The notes: generated by a model from the letters alone, not told the origin. A DNA stretch of 64,000 nt from Methanomassiliicoccaceae archaeon (GCA_040776945.1 JAXGZN010000001.1:672001-736000), one strand, 5' to 3'; positions 39,316-50,432 are shown, counted from the first letter of the stretch. Program-made: numbers and translations.

Positions 39316-40029
39316 ATGAAAGCGGTTCTGTTCGACCTCGGCCACACGCTCATCGACTACTATTGTGACTGGAAGGCCCCTGAGGACCGCGGCATCGCCG
39401 GCATATATGAAATCGTCCGCGAGTCCGCATCTAGGGTGGACCGCCAGGAGTTCACTGACTTCCTGGCGGAAAGGCTGCGCCGGTCCAGGAGCATGAAGTT
39501 CGACCATTATGTGGAGATCCCCCTGGCCGACCTAATGGGGGAATGTCTGGACCGGTACGGATGCTTGGACGAGGACAACCTCCAGAGAAGCCTGGAGGTG
39601 TTCTATGGGGTGCTTCTGGAGGACCGGCAGTTGGTCAACGGAGCGGTGGAGCTTCTGGCCTCGATCAAGGACCGCGGTCTGAGCGTCGGCCTGATCTCGG
39701 ACGTGGCGTGGGGTTTGCCGTCAGAGTTCCCCATGCGGGACATCCGGCACTTCGGGATGGACCGCTACTTCGACGACTACGTGTTCAGCACCGACGTCGG
39801 CCTCCGGAAGCCGCACCCCAAGATGTTCAAGATCGCGTTGTCGAACCTTGGCGTCGACGCGTCGGAGGCGATGTACGTAGGCAACTCGCTGGCCCAGGAC
39901 ATCAAGGGCGCGAAGGGCGTGGGCATCAAGGCGGTGCTGAAGTGCTCGGCCTTCTGCCCCCAGGCCGAAGGGGTCGTCCCCGACCACACCGTGGGGACGC
40001 TGGCGGAGATCGAGGGGCTGCTCGAGTAG
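39316..40029 (+). CDS. HAD-family hydrolase
   Basis: FDLGHTL, RKPHP, YVGNSLAQDIKGA. Confidence 0.88.
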   Translation: MKAVLFDLGHTLIDYYCDWKAPEDRGIAGIYEIVRESASRVDRQEFTDFLAERLRRSRSMKFDHYVEIPLADLMGECLDRYGCLDEDNLQRSLEVFYGVLLEDRQLVNGAVELLASIKDRGLSVGLISDVAWGLPSEFPMRDIRHFGMDRYFDDYVFSTDVGLRKPHPKMFKIALSNLGVDASEAMYVGNSLAQDIKGAKGVGIKAVLKCSAFCPQAEGVVPDHTVGTLAEIEGLLE

Positions 40030-40039
40030 GATTCGCACT

Positions 40040-41365
40040 TTCGGTGACCTCCCCCCGGAGGACGTATAAATTCGGTGGTACCAATCAATTTCGATGAGAA
40101 GGCTCACCTTCGAGTATCGGCTCTATCCTAACAAACAACAGGAAGCTTGCCTCATCCGGTCATTTTCTTCAGCCCAGGAGATGTACAACCTTCTGTTGGA
40201 GAAGGCCATCAGCGTTTATGAGACAGAGGGAAAAAGGCTGAGCAAATATGATATGTGCAAATATGTAAAAACCATTAAAGACCGGGACGAAACGTTCTAC
40301 GCGACCTATTCTCAAGTGCTTCAGAACTGCGCCGACCGGCTGTCAAAGGCTTTCGATAATTTCTTCAGGCGGGTAAAGGAGAACAAGGAGGGAAAGCGCC
40401 AGAAGCCAGGTTTCCCTAGGTTCAAGAGGTCGATCAAGAGCATTACATATCCTCAGGACGGATTCAAGATCGATCATGGCGGAAGGACGATCTCCATCTG
40501 CAAGATAGGAAGGGTCCGGGTCCGGCTACATCGGCCGATCATCGGACAGATAAAGACAATGACCATCGTGAGGCGGAGATCTGGAAAGTGGTTCGTTCTT
40601 TTCTCCTGCATCATCGATGATGAAACGGTTCCGCCGAAAAAGGGGCCGGAGATAGGTATCGACCTAGGGGTCCGGCATTTCATCACCACTTCCGAGGGCG
40701 AGCACATCGATCATCTGGTATTGTCGGACTATGAAAGAAGAAAGCTGAAACGGCTCTAGAGGAACATCGACAGGAAGCCGATGGGCAGTCATAACCGGGA
40801 GAAGGCCCGCATCACGTTCGCAAAAGCAAAAGAGAAGGAGACCGACCAGAGACATGATTTCCTTCACAAGATCAGCCGGGACCTGGTCGATAGGCATGGC
40901 ATCATCGCCCTGGAGTCGTTGGATATCAAGCAACTGATCCAGCTGAGCCCATGTCCGGATGATATCAATCGATCGGCCTGGGGGGGGGCCTGACACAGAT
41001 GATCGAGTACAAGGCTGAAAGTGCTGGTACTCGCCTGTTGTTCGTGGACAGGTATGACCCCACGTCCCAGATATGCTCTGGATGCAAAGAGATCGGGATG
41101 ATCGGCAGAAGACAGACCGTGTATCATTGTCCGAAATGTGGGCTCTCTTTGGACAGGGACATCAATGCCGCGATTAACATACTAAGGATAGCAAAAATTA
41201 GGGCGGGGCACGCCCGAAGTGACGCCTGGGGAGAGGGGACCTCCACATCTCAGATCGTTGAGATGCGAGTTCCCTCGTTGAACCCGGAACCAGAGGTCGG
41301 GACCGAGGTCCTGATCACCTCGTCTTTCAGATGTACTGGATGCCACTCCCACTCTATTGTTGGTC
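40040..41365 (+). mobile_element. IS200/IS605-family (IS1341-like, tnpB-only) element
   Basis: AT-richer tnpB with no tnpA, between the HAD gene and the guaAB 3' end; ends approximate. Confidence 0.75.
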
Positions 41366-41409
41366 ACTCCCACTCTATTGTTGAAGGTGGTTTGTTCGTT
41401 ATATCGTAG
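40094..41409 (+). pseudogene. tnpB: TnpB RNA-guided nuclease, with an in-frame TAG at 40757 and a G9 frameshift at 40980-40988
   Basis: YRLYPNKQQ, GFPRFK, IGIDLG, ALESL, TSQICSGC, CPKCG, DRDINAAINI. Confidence 0.9.
41344..41383. repeat. Tandem 19-bp direct repeat cactcccactctattgttg (41344..41362 and 41365..41383)
   Basis: The second copy is the 3' end of guaAB. Confidence 0.9.
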
Positions 41410-42311
41410 ACCACCCGGTTGACGTCGCTCTTCATCTCGTTGGTGATGCGCACCGAGATGCGCTCCAGCACCTCGTGCGGGATGCGGGAGTACGAGGCGC
41501 TCATGCCGTCGATCGACTCCACCGAGCGCACCGCGATCGTCCGCCCGTACGCGCGGTTATCGCCTTGGACGCCGACCGACTGGCAGGGCAGCAGGACGGC
41601 GAAGTACTGCCACGGCCGGGGCATCTTCCCGGCGGCGGACGCCAGCTCGATCTCCTCCTCCACGATGGCGCAGGCCTCCCTTACGATGCCGACCGACTCC
41701 GGCGTCACCTCTCCGATGACCCGGACCGCCAGCGCCGGGCCGGGGAACGGCTGACGCTCCGACACTGGCACCTTGAGGTAGCGGGCAACGACGCGCACCT
41801 CGTCCTTGTACAGGTCGCGGAGGGGCTCCACCAGCTCCATCTCCATGTCCTTCGGCAGGCCTCCGACGTTGTGGTGGCTCTTGATGACGTCCCGCACTCC
41901 GTCCCCGCTCTCGATCCAGTCCGGAGCGATCGTGCCCTGCACCAGGTACTTGGCCCCGAACTCCTTGGCGGTGCGCTCGAAGACGCGGATGAACCTCTCG
42001 CCGATTATCTTGCGCTTCCTCTCCGGATCGGTGACGCCCTTCATCGCGGCAAAGAACTCGTCGGCTGCGTCGACCAGCAGGTAGTTCACTCCCAAGCTGT
42101 CGAATATCTTGCTGACCGCCTCGGTCTCGTTCTTGCGCATGAAGCCATTGTTCACGTACACCGTGAGGAGCCGATCGCCGATGGCCTTGGACGCCAGGGC
42201 GGCGGCCACGGTGCTGTCCACGCCCCCGGAGCAGGCGATTATCGCCTTCCCCTTGATCTGGGCCCTCATCCTCTCGATCTGCTCATTGACGAACTGCTCA
42301 ACCTTGAACAT
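41364..42311 (-). CDS. guaAB: GMP synthase subunit B
   Basis: [36 protein letters not shown]. Confidence 0.95.
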   Translation of the reverse strand: MFKVEQFVNEQIERMRAQIKGKAIIACSGGVDSTVAAALASKAIGDRLLTVYVNNGFMRKNETEAVSKIFDSLGVNYLLVDAADEFFAAMKGVTDPERKRKIIGERFIRVFERTAKEFGAKYLVQGTIAPDWIESGDGVRDVIKSHHNVGGLPKDMEMELVEPLRDLYKDEVRVVARYLKVPVSERQPFPGPALAVRVIGEVTPESVGIVREACAIVEEEIELASAAGKMPRPWQYFAVLLPCQSVGVQGDNRAYGRTIAVRSVESIDGMSASYSRIPHEVLERISVRITNEMKSDVNRVVYDITNKPPSTIEWE

Positions 42312-42777
42312 CGTTGCCCACCTCCTCGGAGTCCCGCTCCACCGCCTCGACCATTTCCCTGCGGTGCTTCTCCAGCTTTGCCGCTATGCCCTCGTCGCGC
42401 AGCCCAAGGATCTGCAGCGCCAGCAGCGCGGCGTTGTCTCCGCGGTCCAGCCCCACGCCCGCTACCGGTATTCCGGCCGGCATCTGCACGATCGACAATA
42501 TCGAGTCCAAATTCACCTTGCCGCTCACTGGGACGCCGATGACCGGCCTCACCGTGGCCGCGGCGACCGCGCCGGGCAGCGCGGCGGACAGTCCGGCTAT
42601 GGCGATGAACACCTCGGCATCACTGCCGGCTACCAGCTCCCGGACGCGGTCCGGGGTGCGGTGGGCGGAGGCGACCACGATCTTCGAGGTCACGCCGAAC
42701 TCCTTCAGAACGTCGGAGGCCTTGTTGGCCACGGGCGCATCGCTCTTGCTGCCCAGGATGATCAGGACGCGAGGCAT
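42298..42777 (-). CDS. purE: N5-CAIR mutase / AIR carboxylase
   Basis: [25 protein letters not shown]. Confidence 0.95.
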   Translation of the reverse strand: MPRVLIILGSKSDAPVANKASDVLKEFGVTSKIVVASAHRTPDRVRELVAGSDAEVFIAIAGLSAALPGAVAAATVRPVIGVPVSGKVNLDSILSIVQMPAGIPVAGVGLDRGDNAALLALQILGLRDEGIAAKLEKHRREMVEAVERDSEEVGNDVQG

Positions 42778-42836
42778 GTGCCAAGCAAAGTGAGACCTGA
42801 TAAAAAAGGTTGTGATGTAAAGGGTTTCGTCCTTGT

Positions 42837-43142
42837 TCAGGACTTCATGATGGCCAGCAGGAAGACGCCTATGGCGATAAGGGCGCCGATGAGCGCCGCC
42901 AGGATGTACAGGAAGGCCACCCAGATGGTCTCGGTTATGCTGATGTTGATCAGCCCGGCGGAGGTCGGGTCCATTAGCCTGAGGCCGACCCAGATGATGC
43001 CGATGAGCAGGCCGACGACTAGGAGCACTACACCGATGGTGCGGCTCTTGCCGCTACCGAAGTAGGCGGTGAACACTCCGGCCAGGATCAAGAAGAGGCC
43101 CAAAGTCATAAGAAGTATGGTCAGGAATTCCATCAGTTGCAT
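42837..43142 (-). CDS. Small membrane protein (3 TM)
   Basis: Hydrophobic [22 protein letters not shown]. Confidence 0.8.
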   Translation of the reverse strand: MQLMEFLTILLMTLGLFLILAGVFTAYFGSGKSRTIGVVLLVVGLLIGIIWVGLRLMDPTSAGLINISITETIWVAFLYILAALIGALIAIGVFLLAIMKS

Positions 43143-43155
43143 TTTTTCACCTGTG

Positions 43156-43389
43156 TCAGAACTTAATGCCTGTGAGCGTCTTGGTGTCTATGACCCCGGA
43201 TATCGTCCGTATCTGGTCCACCACCACCTGGCCGAGGCGATTGAAGTCCTCGGCCTCGATCTTGGCGATCAGGTCGAACTCCCCGAACAGGGGATGGAGC
43301 TCCACGACCTCCTTGACCTTAAGGAGCTCGTTGTAGACCTCGTGCTCCTTGGCCGGCGCCGTGCTGATAAGAACGAACCCCACTGCCAA
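43156..43389 (-). CDS. Lrp/AsnC ligand-binding domain protein
   Basis: AVGFVLI...HPLFGEFDLIAK...DTKTLT; TTG start after GGTGA. Confidence 0.88.
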   Translation of the reverse strand: MAVGFVLISTAPAKEHEVYNELLKVKEVVELHPLFGEFDLIAKIEAEDFNRLGQVVVDQIRTISGVIDTKTLTGIKF

Positions 43390-43854
43390 ACTCTCACCTT
43401 GCTGACCCATTAGTTTATGTGCTATAATAAATGTTTTCGTCATGTTATTTGTCCTTAGGCATTGGCCAGTTGTTTTCGTAAGGATGGTCCCGTTCGTCTG
43501 ACCGTCCTCTTCCTCTCCACGGACGCGGCGCCGAGGCCCATCTTCAGCATGGGATTGCCGCTGTTGCGGTCGAACGGCCCGACGAAATTGGTGGCGGTCG
43601 AGATGACGGAAACCGCCAAGACGGTTATGGCGGCCGCCGCACCGAACCTAACGGCCTCCCAGAACTGCGGATGCTCTTGTTCGCACATCGATTGTGTGGA
43701 AGCGTGCAGAGCAGGGCGGCATGCCTCCTTCATCCGTTCGGATGAGCGGCCGTTGGGTCGGCCCAGTGGCGCGTACGCTGCGGACCTGGTCCTGAACACC
43801 GTCCAGAACAAGGTCGTCAGCTCAGCCCACCAGCAACGACCGCTCCCGCCGCTC

Positions 43855-44781
43855 CTACCGCGGGAGGGACGCGAGCGTGTCGGCCGCGCGCTCCTCGACC
43901 GACTCCCAGGTCGGGAGGTTGGTGACCGCTCCCCGGGCCTCGAGGACGAAGGACGCCGCGGCGTTGCCGTAGGCGACCGATTCCAGGAGGTCCTTTCCAC
44001 GGTACTGGCCAGCATAGAAGCCGGCTCGGAAGGCGTCTCCCGCGCCGGTGGGGTCGATGACCTTCGACGGTCTCGCCGCCGGCACCGTCCATGAGCCCTT
44101 GCCGGTCGACACCATCGCGCCGTCCCTGCCCATGGTGGTGATGACCTCCGTGACGTGCTCTAAAAGACCTTCAGGGCCGGAGGCGTTCATGTATTCCAGC
44201 GCAACGCGCAGCTCGCTGCGGTTGCTGAAGAACCGGTCCGCCAGCGGGAGCGCCTCGCGGAAGGTCCCGCGGTCCCAGATGCGCTGGACCTCCTGCGCCG
44301 GATCGAAGGACACGCTCTTGCCCAGCCTCTTGCACTCGAGCATCACCGGTACGTAGTACTCCGGCCGGCCGGTGGAGACGTGCACGTGCTTGGACCGCCT
44401 GGCCGAGTCAAGGCGGAGCTCGAACCTCCCCATGTCGCGCATCGGACCCTGGTATACGTAAGCGATCTGAGCCTCCTGGGAATCGTTGACCACGATGACC
44501 GTCGAGCTCTCATAGCCTTCCACGGTGATAAGCTCGCTCAGGTCGACGCCCTTCGAGACCATGAACTGGCGGAAGTCATCCGGGAGGTCTGGCCCGACGT
44601 ACGAGACCAGGGCGGTCGGGACGCCGAGCGCCGCGGCGGCGGTGGCGATGTTGGCGCCTGTCCCGCCGAAGTAGCGGTGCTTCTCCCGGATGTCCACCGA
44701 GGTGTTCGGTTCGGGGAACCGCTCCAGGTCCAAGATCTGGTCCAGGCACACGTGGCCGTATACGGTAAGGAACGGCCTCAT
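43855..44781 (-). CDS. PfkB-family carbohydrate/nucleoside kinase
   Basis: FGGTGANIA, DPTGAGDAFRAG. Confidence 0.9.
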   Translation of the reverse strand: MRPFLTVYGHVCLDQILDLERFPEPNTSVDIREKHRYFGGTGANIATAAAALGVPTALVSYVGPDLPDDFRQFMVSKGVDLSELITVEGYESSTVIVVNDSQEAQIAYVYQGPMRDMGRFELRLDSARRSKHVHVSTGRPEYYVPVMLECKRLGKSVSFDPAQEVQRIWDRGTFREALPLADRFFSNRSELRVALEYMNASGPEGLLEHVTEVITTMGRDGAMVSTGKGSWTVPAARPSKVIDPTGAGDAFRAGFYAGQYRGKDLLESVAYGNAAASFVLEARGAVTNLPTWESVEERAADTLASLPR

Positions 44782-46016
44782 GTGCCCTCTTGCCACCCTC
44801 GGAGGTATCTCCTCTGCTCCTCGGTCAGCTCGTCGATCTCGATGCCCATCACTTTTAGCTTGGTGCGTGCGACCTGCTGGTCCAGCTCCTCCGGAACGTT
44901 GTGCACCTTGGCCTCCATGCGCATGTGGTTCTTTACGAGATGCTCGAGCGACAGCACCTGAATGGAGAAGCTCATGTCCATGATCTCCACGGGGTGTCCC
45001 TGCCCGGCGGCGAGGTTCATCAACCGACCCTCGGCGATCAGGTAGGCCTTGCGGCCGTCCTTGAAGGTGTACTGGTCGACCGAATCGCGGACCCTCACGC
45101 CCTTCCCTGCGAGCGCCTCCAGCCCTGTCTTGGAGATCTCGTTGTCAAAGTGGCCGGAGTTGCCCATGATGCAGCCGTCCTTTAAGACCTCGAGATGCTC
45201 CCGCCGGATGATGTCCTTGTTGCCGGTGGCGGAGATGATTATGTCCGCCTGCTTCGCCGCCTCGATCATGGGCATGACCTCGTAGCCGTCCATCCGGGCC
45301 TCGATGGCCCTGATGGGGTCCACCTCGGTGACGATGACGTTGGCCCCCATCCCTTGGGCCCGCATGGCTATGCCTCGCCCGCACCAGCCGTAGCCTGCCA
45401 CCACCAGGTGCTTACCGGCTATCAGCAGGTTCGTCGCGTTCATGAACCCATCGAAGGTCGACTGCCCGGTGCCATAGCGGTTGTCGAACATGAACTTCAT
45501 GTGGGCGTCGTTGACCGAGATGACCGGGAACTCCAATTTGCCCTCGGCGGCCATGGAGCGCAGCCGGACCACGCCGGTGGTCGTTTCCTCGTTCCCCCCT
45601 TTGACTCCGGACAGGAGGTCCCTTCGGTCGGTGTGCAGTATGGTGATCAGGTCCGCACCGTCATCGATGACGAAGTCCGGCCGCATGTCCAGGACCGAGT
45701 TCAGGTTGGCGTAGTACTCCTCGTTGGTCTGCCCTTTCTTGGCATAGGTGTCCAGACCATAGTGGTGCTTGAGCGCGGCGGCCACCGAGTCGTCGGTGGA
45801 CAGGGGATTGCAGCTGGCCAGCCGCACCTTGGCCCCGGCCTCGGCAATGGTGAGGGCGAGGATGCCGGTCTTGGCCTCGACGTGCAGCGCCATGCCCACC
45901 TTGATCCCTTCCAGCGTCCTCTCTCTGACCAGGCGGCTGCGTATGTCCTCGAGCACCTTCATATGCGCCCGCGCCCACTCCAGCCGCCTTACGCCCTTCT
46001 CTATGAGCTGATCCAA
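44778..46016 (-). CDS. ahcY: Adenosylhomocysteinase
   Basis: SCNPLST, EETTTGV, FDNRYGTGQS, GYGWCG, GHFDNEI. Confidence 0.96.
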   Translation of the reverse strand: MDQLIEKGVRRLEWARAHMKVLEDIRSRLVRERTLEGIKVGMALHVEAKTGILALTIAEAGAKVRLASCNPLSTDDSVAAALKHHYGLDTYAKKGQTNEEYYANLNSVLDMRPDFVIDDGADLITILHTDRRDLLSGVKGGNEETTTGVVRLRSMAAEGKLEFPVISVNDAHMKFMFDNRYGTGQSTFDGFMNATNLLIAGKHLVVAGYGWCGRGIAMRAQGMGANVIVTEVDPIRAIEARMDGYEVMPMIEAAKQADIIISATGNKDIIRREHLEVLKDGCIMGNSGHFDNEISKTGLEALAGKGVRVRDSVDQYTFKDGRKAYLIAEGRLMNLAAGQGHPVEIMDMSFSIQVLSLEHLVKNHMRMEAKVHNVPEELDQQVARTKLKVMGIEIDELTEEQRRYLRGWQEGT

Positions 46017-46109
46017 TGGAACACCAGCCGAGGATTGGGCCTCGCCCTAATAAATTGTACCGCCAGGGCAGCTTCCCCAGATAAGCGGGCCGCTCCATGG
46101 CGAGGCCGA

Positions 46110-46844
46110 TCACCTCAGGGCGCGGCACATCTCTTCCCTGGACCGGCGGAGGTTCTCGGCGTTGTCGAACTCCATGATCAGCCGCTTCCTCTCGTCCCGG
46201 CGGTCCCTCAGCTCGCGGACGGCTCGCTCGATGTTGGGCACCGCCCTGGTGAGCTCGTCCACCACCGCGACGCGCGATCCCGCCGCCGTGCGGGACAGCG
46301 GGTTGAGGTCGATCGCCAGAACGGTCTTTCCGGCCCTCTCCAGCGCGGCGGCGCGGTCCCCGTCCTCCAGAGGGATGAGCACGACGTCGGCGGAGTATAT
46401 TCCCTCCGTGCAGCACATCGCCCGGTCCGAGGCGATCCCTTCCAGCTTCGATCCCTGCTCCCGCCCCAGGATGTCCTTCCCGCCCAGGCCTTCCAGGTAG
46501 GCGATAACCTTCTCCACCCTCTCCGGGGAGCGGTGGAACAGGTTCACCTCGACCTTCGCCGGAACGGCCCTGGCCAGGGACAGCAGGCCCTCGCCGCACA
46601 GGCCGGCGGCGTTGCCGTTGATGGTGATGACCGGACGCTTTGCTTCCAGCAGGAACGCCGCGGCGGCGCGCTCGGCCTCCGCGGCCGTCTCCGTGGTTCG
46701 CTCGCCCAACATGTAGTCGAACGCCTCCCCCCGCCCGTGCGCGATGAGCCCTGTGGGCGCTACCACGCCCTGCCTGACCAGCTCGGACATCCTCTCCCTC
46801 ACTATCAAAGAACGGTAGCGGGGGTGGTCCCTGGATATCTCCAT
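46110..46844 (-). CDS. 4-phosphopantoate--beta-alanine ligase (archaeal PPS)
   Basis: HPRYRSL, AHGRGEAFDY, PLEDGDR, IDLNPLSRT. Confidence 0.92.
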   Translation of the reverse strand: MEISRDHPRYRSLIVRERMSELVRQGVVAPTGLIAHGRGEAFDYMLGERTTETAAEAERAAAAFLLEAKRPVITINGNAAGLCGEGLLSLARAVPAKVEVNLFHRSPERVEKVIAYLEGLGGKDILGREQGSKLEGIASDRAMCCTEGIYSADVVLIPLEDGDRAAALERAGKTVLAIDLNPLSRTAAGSRVAVVDELTRAVPNIERAVRELRDRRDERKRLIMEFDNAENLRRSREEMCRALR

Positions 46845-47005
46845 GGACAGGCTATGGGAACTATCATAGATGGTTTTTCCGTCAGAATGCCGCGGCCTAG
46901 CCAACGTCCATTCTCGGACAACAAAATCTAATAAAGCCTATCGTAAAGTACATATACTCGATTCCCAATGTACTTGAACATGCCGGTCTTCGGACCCGCT
47001 GGTGA

Positions 47006-47278
47006 ATGATGAAACTTTTGGGCGTTATCCAAGACATCGGTTTTGATGGCAAGCTCATCGTGAGGGGCACGTTCGCCCCCGGACCACGTGATAGGGTCCT
47101 AGACAATCGGAGCAAACCGCTTGGCTATGTCCGAAGGGTGTTCGGGCCAGTGGAGTCGCCGTACATCATGGTCGAACCGGCAGGAAAAAGCAACCTGCTC
47201 GCAGCTGTGGGGAAGCAGGTATACGTCGAGGAGGGCGGACATCATGCCAAAAGTAAGAGAAGGGACCGAAGAGATTGA
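47006..47278 (+). CDS. gar1: Gar1/Naf1 H/ACA RNP component
   Basis: [10 protein letters not shown]; position upstream of tfb. Confidence 0.8.
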   Translation: MMKLLGVIQDIGFDGKLIVRGTFAPGPRDRVLDNRSKPLGYVRRVFGPVESPYIMVEPAGKSNLLAAVGKQVYVEEGGHHAKSKRRDRRD

Positions 47279-48176
47279 GAAGTGCCCAGAGTGCGGCGGA
47301 AAGCACCTCGTCAGGGATTACGAGCGGGGCGAGCTGATCTGCGAAGACTGCGGCCTGGTTCTGGACGACCAGTTCATCGACCAGGGGCCGGAGTGGAGGG
47401 CCTTCGACGTCGAGCAGGGAGAGAAGAGGGCGCGCACGGGCGCGCCGATGACCTACACCATCCATGACAAGGGCCTTTCGACCGAGATCTCGTGGAAGAA
47501 CAAGGACAGCTATGGCAAGAGCATTCCTACCCGGAACCGCGCCCAGCTATACCGCTTGCGGAAGTGGCAGCGCAGGATCAGGGTCTCCAACGCAACGGAG
47601 AGGAACCTGGCGTTCGCGTTGTCAGAGCTGGACCGCATGGCCTCGGCCATGGGCCTTCCCCGGAACGTCCGTGAGACGGCGGCGATGGTCTACCGCAAGG
47701 CGGTCAACAAGAACCTCATCCGAGGACGCAGCATCGAGGGCGTGGTGGCCGCTTCTCTGTACGCGGCCTGCCGCCAGTGCAATGTGCCGAGAACGCTTGA
47801 CGAGGTGGCCAACTCCTCGCGCGTGGGAAGGAAGGAGATCGGTCGGACCTATCGGTTCATGACCCGTGAGCTGAAGCTCAAGCTGATGCCCACGAGGCCG
47901 CAGGACTATGTTCAGAGGTTCTGCTCGGAGCTGAAGCTCAGCGGCGAGGTGCAGTCCAAGGCCGCGGAGATCCTCAAGGACGCGGCCAAGAAGGAGCTGA
48001 CCTCCGGGCGCGGTCCCACCGGGGTCGCGGCGGCCGCGATCTACATCGCCTCCATCCTGTGCAACGAGCGCAGGACCCAGCGCGAGGTGGCGGACATCGC
48101 AGGGGTGACCGAGGTCACCATACGGAACCGCTACAAGGAGCTAACGGAGAAGCTCGGCATCGAGATACAGCTATGA
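47244..48176 (+). CDS. tfb: Transcription initiation factor IIB
   Basis: CPECG...[26 protein letters not shown]. Confidence 0.97.
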   Translation: MPKVREGTEEIEKCPECGGKHLVRDYERGELICEDCGLVLDDQFIDQGPEWRAFDVEQGEKRARTGAPMTYTIHDKGLSTEISWKNKDSYGKSIPTRNRAQLYRLRKWQRRIRVSNATERNLAFALSELDRMASAMGLPRNVRETAAMVYRKAVNKNLIRGRSIEGVVAASLYAACRQCNVPRTLDEVANSSRVGRKEIGRTYRFMTRELKLKLMPTRPQDYVQRFCSELKLSGEVQSKAAEILKDAAKKELTSGRGPTGVAAAAIYIASILCNERRTQREVADIAGVTEVTIRNRYKELTEKLGIEIQL

Positions 48177-48291
48177 GGAGGCGGGGGCCGATGCCCCCTA
48201 TCCTTTTTCCCCGCGCCCCCTGCCACGGGACGGCGAGCTTTCCTTCAATACCTTTTTCTAGCGACGATGGGTTGGGTACCGCGGTGCGACA

Positions 48292-49260
48292 GTGGCAGAA
48301 ACTAGCGCATTGTTGAAGCCGATGGGCGCGTGGTACACCATCGGCGGCCTGATCACCATGGCAAGCGCGGTCGTTGTCAGCCTGGTCGAGTTCAAGCTCG
48401 GCGCCATCCTGGCCATACCTGGCTTCATCGTCCTCGCCCTCATCGGCACGATGGAGTTCTCAGCCGGGCGGACCATCTGGCGCTCCGAGGTGGGCTCCTG
48501 GAAGAGCGTCATCACCACTTCCATGATCACTCTGCTGGCCAGGGCCATGTTCGTTCTCCTGCTCTACCCGGCGGTGTTCACCCGCCAAGGCATCATAGGT
48601 TTCTGGGAGAGCGGTTCCTTCGGGGTTTGGCTGTTCTACCTCAATGCAATATGGATCGCCGGCGAGACGATATTCTTCATCTATCTCTACCTGCACCCCG
48701 GCCTCTTCATGCTGGAAGAGTGCGAGGGTTCCCGGCCCGATCTGGCCAGCTGCGCCGTGAAGAGCGTTTCCGAGTGCCCTCGCTGCCATGAGGTGGTGGA
48801 GACCTGGTGGCAGTCCTGTCCTTATTGCGGTACGAAGCTACCTAGGAACTGCGGCGAGTGCGGAGGGGAGCTGAGCGAGGTCATGTCGAAATGTCCCCAC
48901 TGCGGCAACGAGGTGGTGCAGTCCATCTCCATGGCCAAGACGGTGGAGATGTTCCGGAGGCTGACCGAAGAGAAGGCCCTGCCGGAGACCCAGGCAGTGC
49001 ATCACGCCAGGCTCGCGGAGGCGTTGCTGAAGAACGGTCAGCCCGAGGAGGCCGTCGACGCGTACCGCAAGGCCATATCCCTCACCTCGTACCCGCGGAA
49101 GCGCACCAACTTCATGGTGCAGGCCGCGAGGATATTGGCCAACACCGGCCACGAGGCGGAGGCGGCCAAGCTGCTGGACGAGGCCATGGCCATCGATCCC
49201 GCGGACATCGCCGGGGCCCAGGCGGTGCGCTCGGAGATGGGCGCGCCCTCGCCCCTGTGA
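48292..49260 (+). CDS. Membrane protein with double zinc ribbon and TPR-like repeats
   Basis: 4 TM, four CxxC pairs, AEALLKNGQPEEAVDAYRKAI. Confidence 0.75.
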   Translation: MAETSALLKPMGAWYTIGGLITMASAVVVSLVEFKLGAILAIPGFIVLALIGTMEFSAGRTIWRSEVGSWKSVITTSMITLLARAMFVLLLYPAVFTRQGIIGFWESGSFGVWLFYLNAIWIAGETIFFIYLYLHPGLFMLEECEGSRPDLASCAVKSVSECPRCHEVVETWWQSCPYCGTKLPRNCGECGGELSEVMSKCPHCGNEVVQSISMAKTVEMFRRLTEEKALPETQAVHHARLAEALLKNGQPEEAVDAYRKAISLTSYPRKRTNFMVQAARILANTGHEAEAAKLLDEAMAIDPADIAGAQAVRSEMGAPSPL

Positions 49261-50316
49261 TCATGGCCGGACCCGTGACAGGCGCATGTACTCGGCACGG
49301 TCATCGGCTACCCTGGCGAGGAGCATCTCCTTCTTGACCCCATGGGCCAGTCTGACCGCCCTCGATATCTCCGGCCATGTGCTCTCGTACGCTTCAGGAA
49401 CGGCATGGACGAGCCACCGGGCATGGGAGCGTTCGGGGTCGTCCTCGTAGACCCGGAAGTGTGAGCCATACTTGAAGCCGGTCTTCACCACCAGTCCACG
49501 CGACCTCAGGTCATCGTAGGCCTTGAGCCGCAGGTCGAAGTCCTTCTGGAACTTCAGTGCCCGCTTCTTGAAGCGGTCGGGCCGGACCGCGCGGCCGGAG
49601 ATGATGTTGTACACTTCCAGGCGGCCCCGCTCCATCAGGTGCGCGGCCTCGATGAGAGACAGCTGCAGAGCGCTGCCCAGCCTCTTGCCGTAGAACCCGT
49701 GGTCATACAGCCTCTTGGCCCCGGCCTCGTCGAAGACCATGACCCGGTCCTCGAGGAGCGCGGCCCGCGCCGGCGGGCCGTCCCACTCGCGGGACGCGGT
49801 CCCCTTGGGCTCACTGCGGTCGGCGTGGTAGAAGGTGATGTCCCCCTCCTCGTCCACGATGGCGATCAGGAGCTCCTTCCTTGTCCGCTCGGAGCGGTCC
49901 ATGACCTCGATGAACGGAGCGATGGCGAACACCGATCGCTCGGATATCGCGGACACCCAGCTCTTCGTCTGCGCGCTGTTGGGGCTGCCCCCGCGAGGAA
50001 AGACGCGAAAATCGAACTCCTCGCCCGCCGGCTTGACCAGGAACCCGCGCCCACGGAGGTCGCGGTACACGATGTACTTGATCTCGAAGTCGCGGTGGGC
50101 CTCGGACGCCGACGCCACCAGCTCCTCAAGGGTGATGGGTTCTCCTTCCTTGCGGACCTCCAGGCGGCCGCACTCCACCAAGTACACCGCCTCCAGCAGG
50201 TCCATCTCCAGGCCGCCGCCGGACATGGGATATCCGTAGTAGCCCTTGTTGTAGATCTGGCTGGCCTCGGTCCGATCGGCCACGATCACGCTGTCCTTGA
50301 CCAGCTCTCCGGGCAT
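49261..50316 (-). CDS. endA: tRNA splicing endonuclease (alpha2 type)
   Basis: Two repeated units; KTGFKYGSHFRVY, RLAHGVKK. Confidence 0.93.
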   Translation of the reverse strand: MPGELVKDSVIVADRTEASQIYNKGYYGYPMSGGGLEMDLLEAVYLVECGRLEVRKEGEPITLEELVASASEAHRDFEIKYIVYRDLRGRGFLVKPAGEEFDFRVFPRGGSPNSAQTKSWVSAISERSVFAIAPFIEVMDRSERTRKELLIAIVDEEGDITFYHADRSEPKGTASREWDGPPARAALLEDRVMVFDEAGAKRLYDHGFYGKRLGSALQLSLIEAAHLMERGRLEVYNIISGRAVRPDRFKKRALKFQKDFDLRLKAYDDLRSRGLVVKTGFKYGSHFRVYEDDPERSHARWLVHAVPEAYESTWPEISRAVRLAHGVKKEMLLARVADDRAEYMRLSRVRP

Positions 50317-50432
50317 GCTACTCGCAGAACGGCCGGCGCTTTAAAACCTTTCCACCGTCCCTCCCTTGAAGTTCGCAGGGCGCGAAGGGACCGGGAAAGG
50401 ATTTATCTACAGCATAGTACCGTATAAGGTAT

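Noticed and set aside
43455-43850. SRP or RNase P RNA
   Set aside because: Hallmark conserved motifs were not found by eye.
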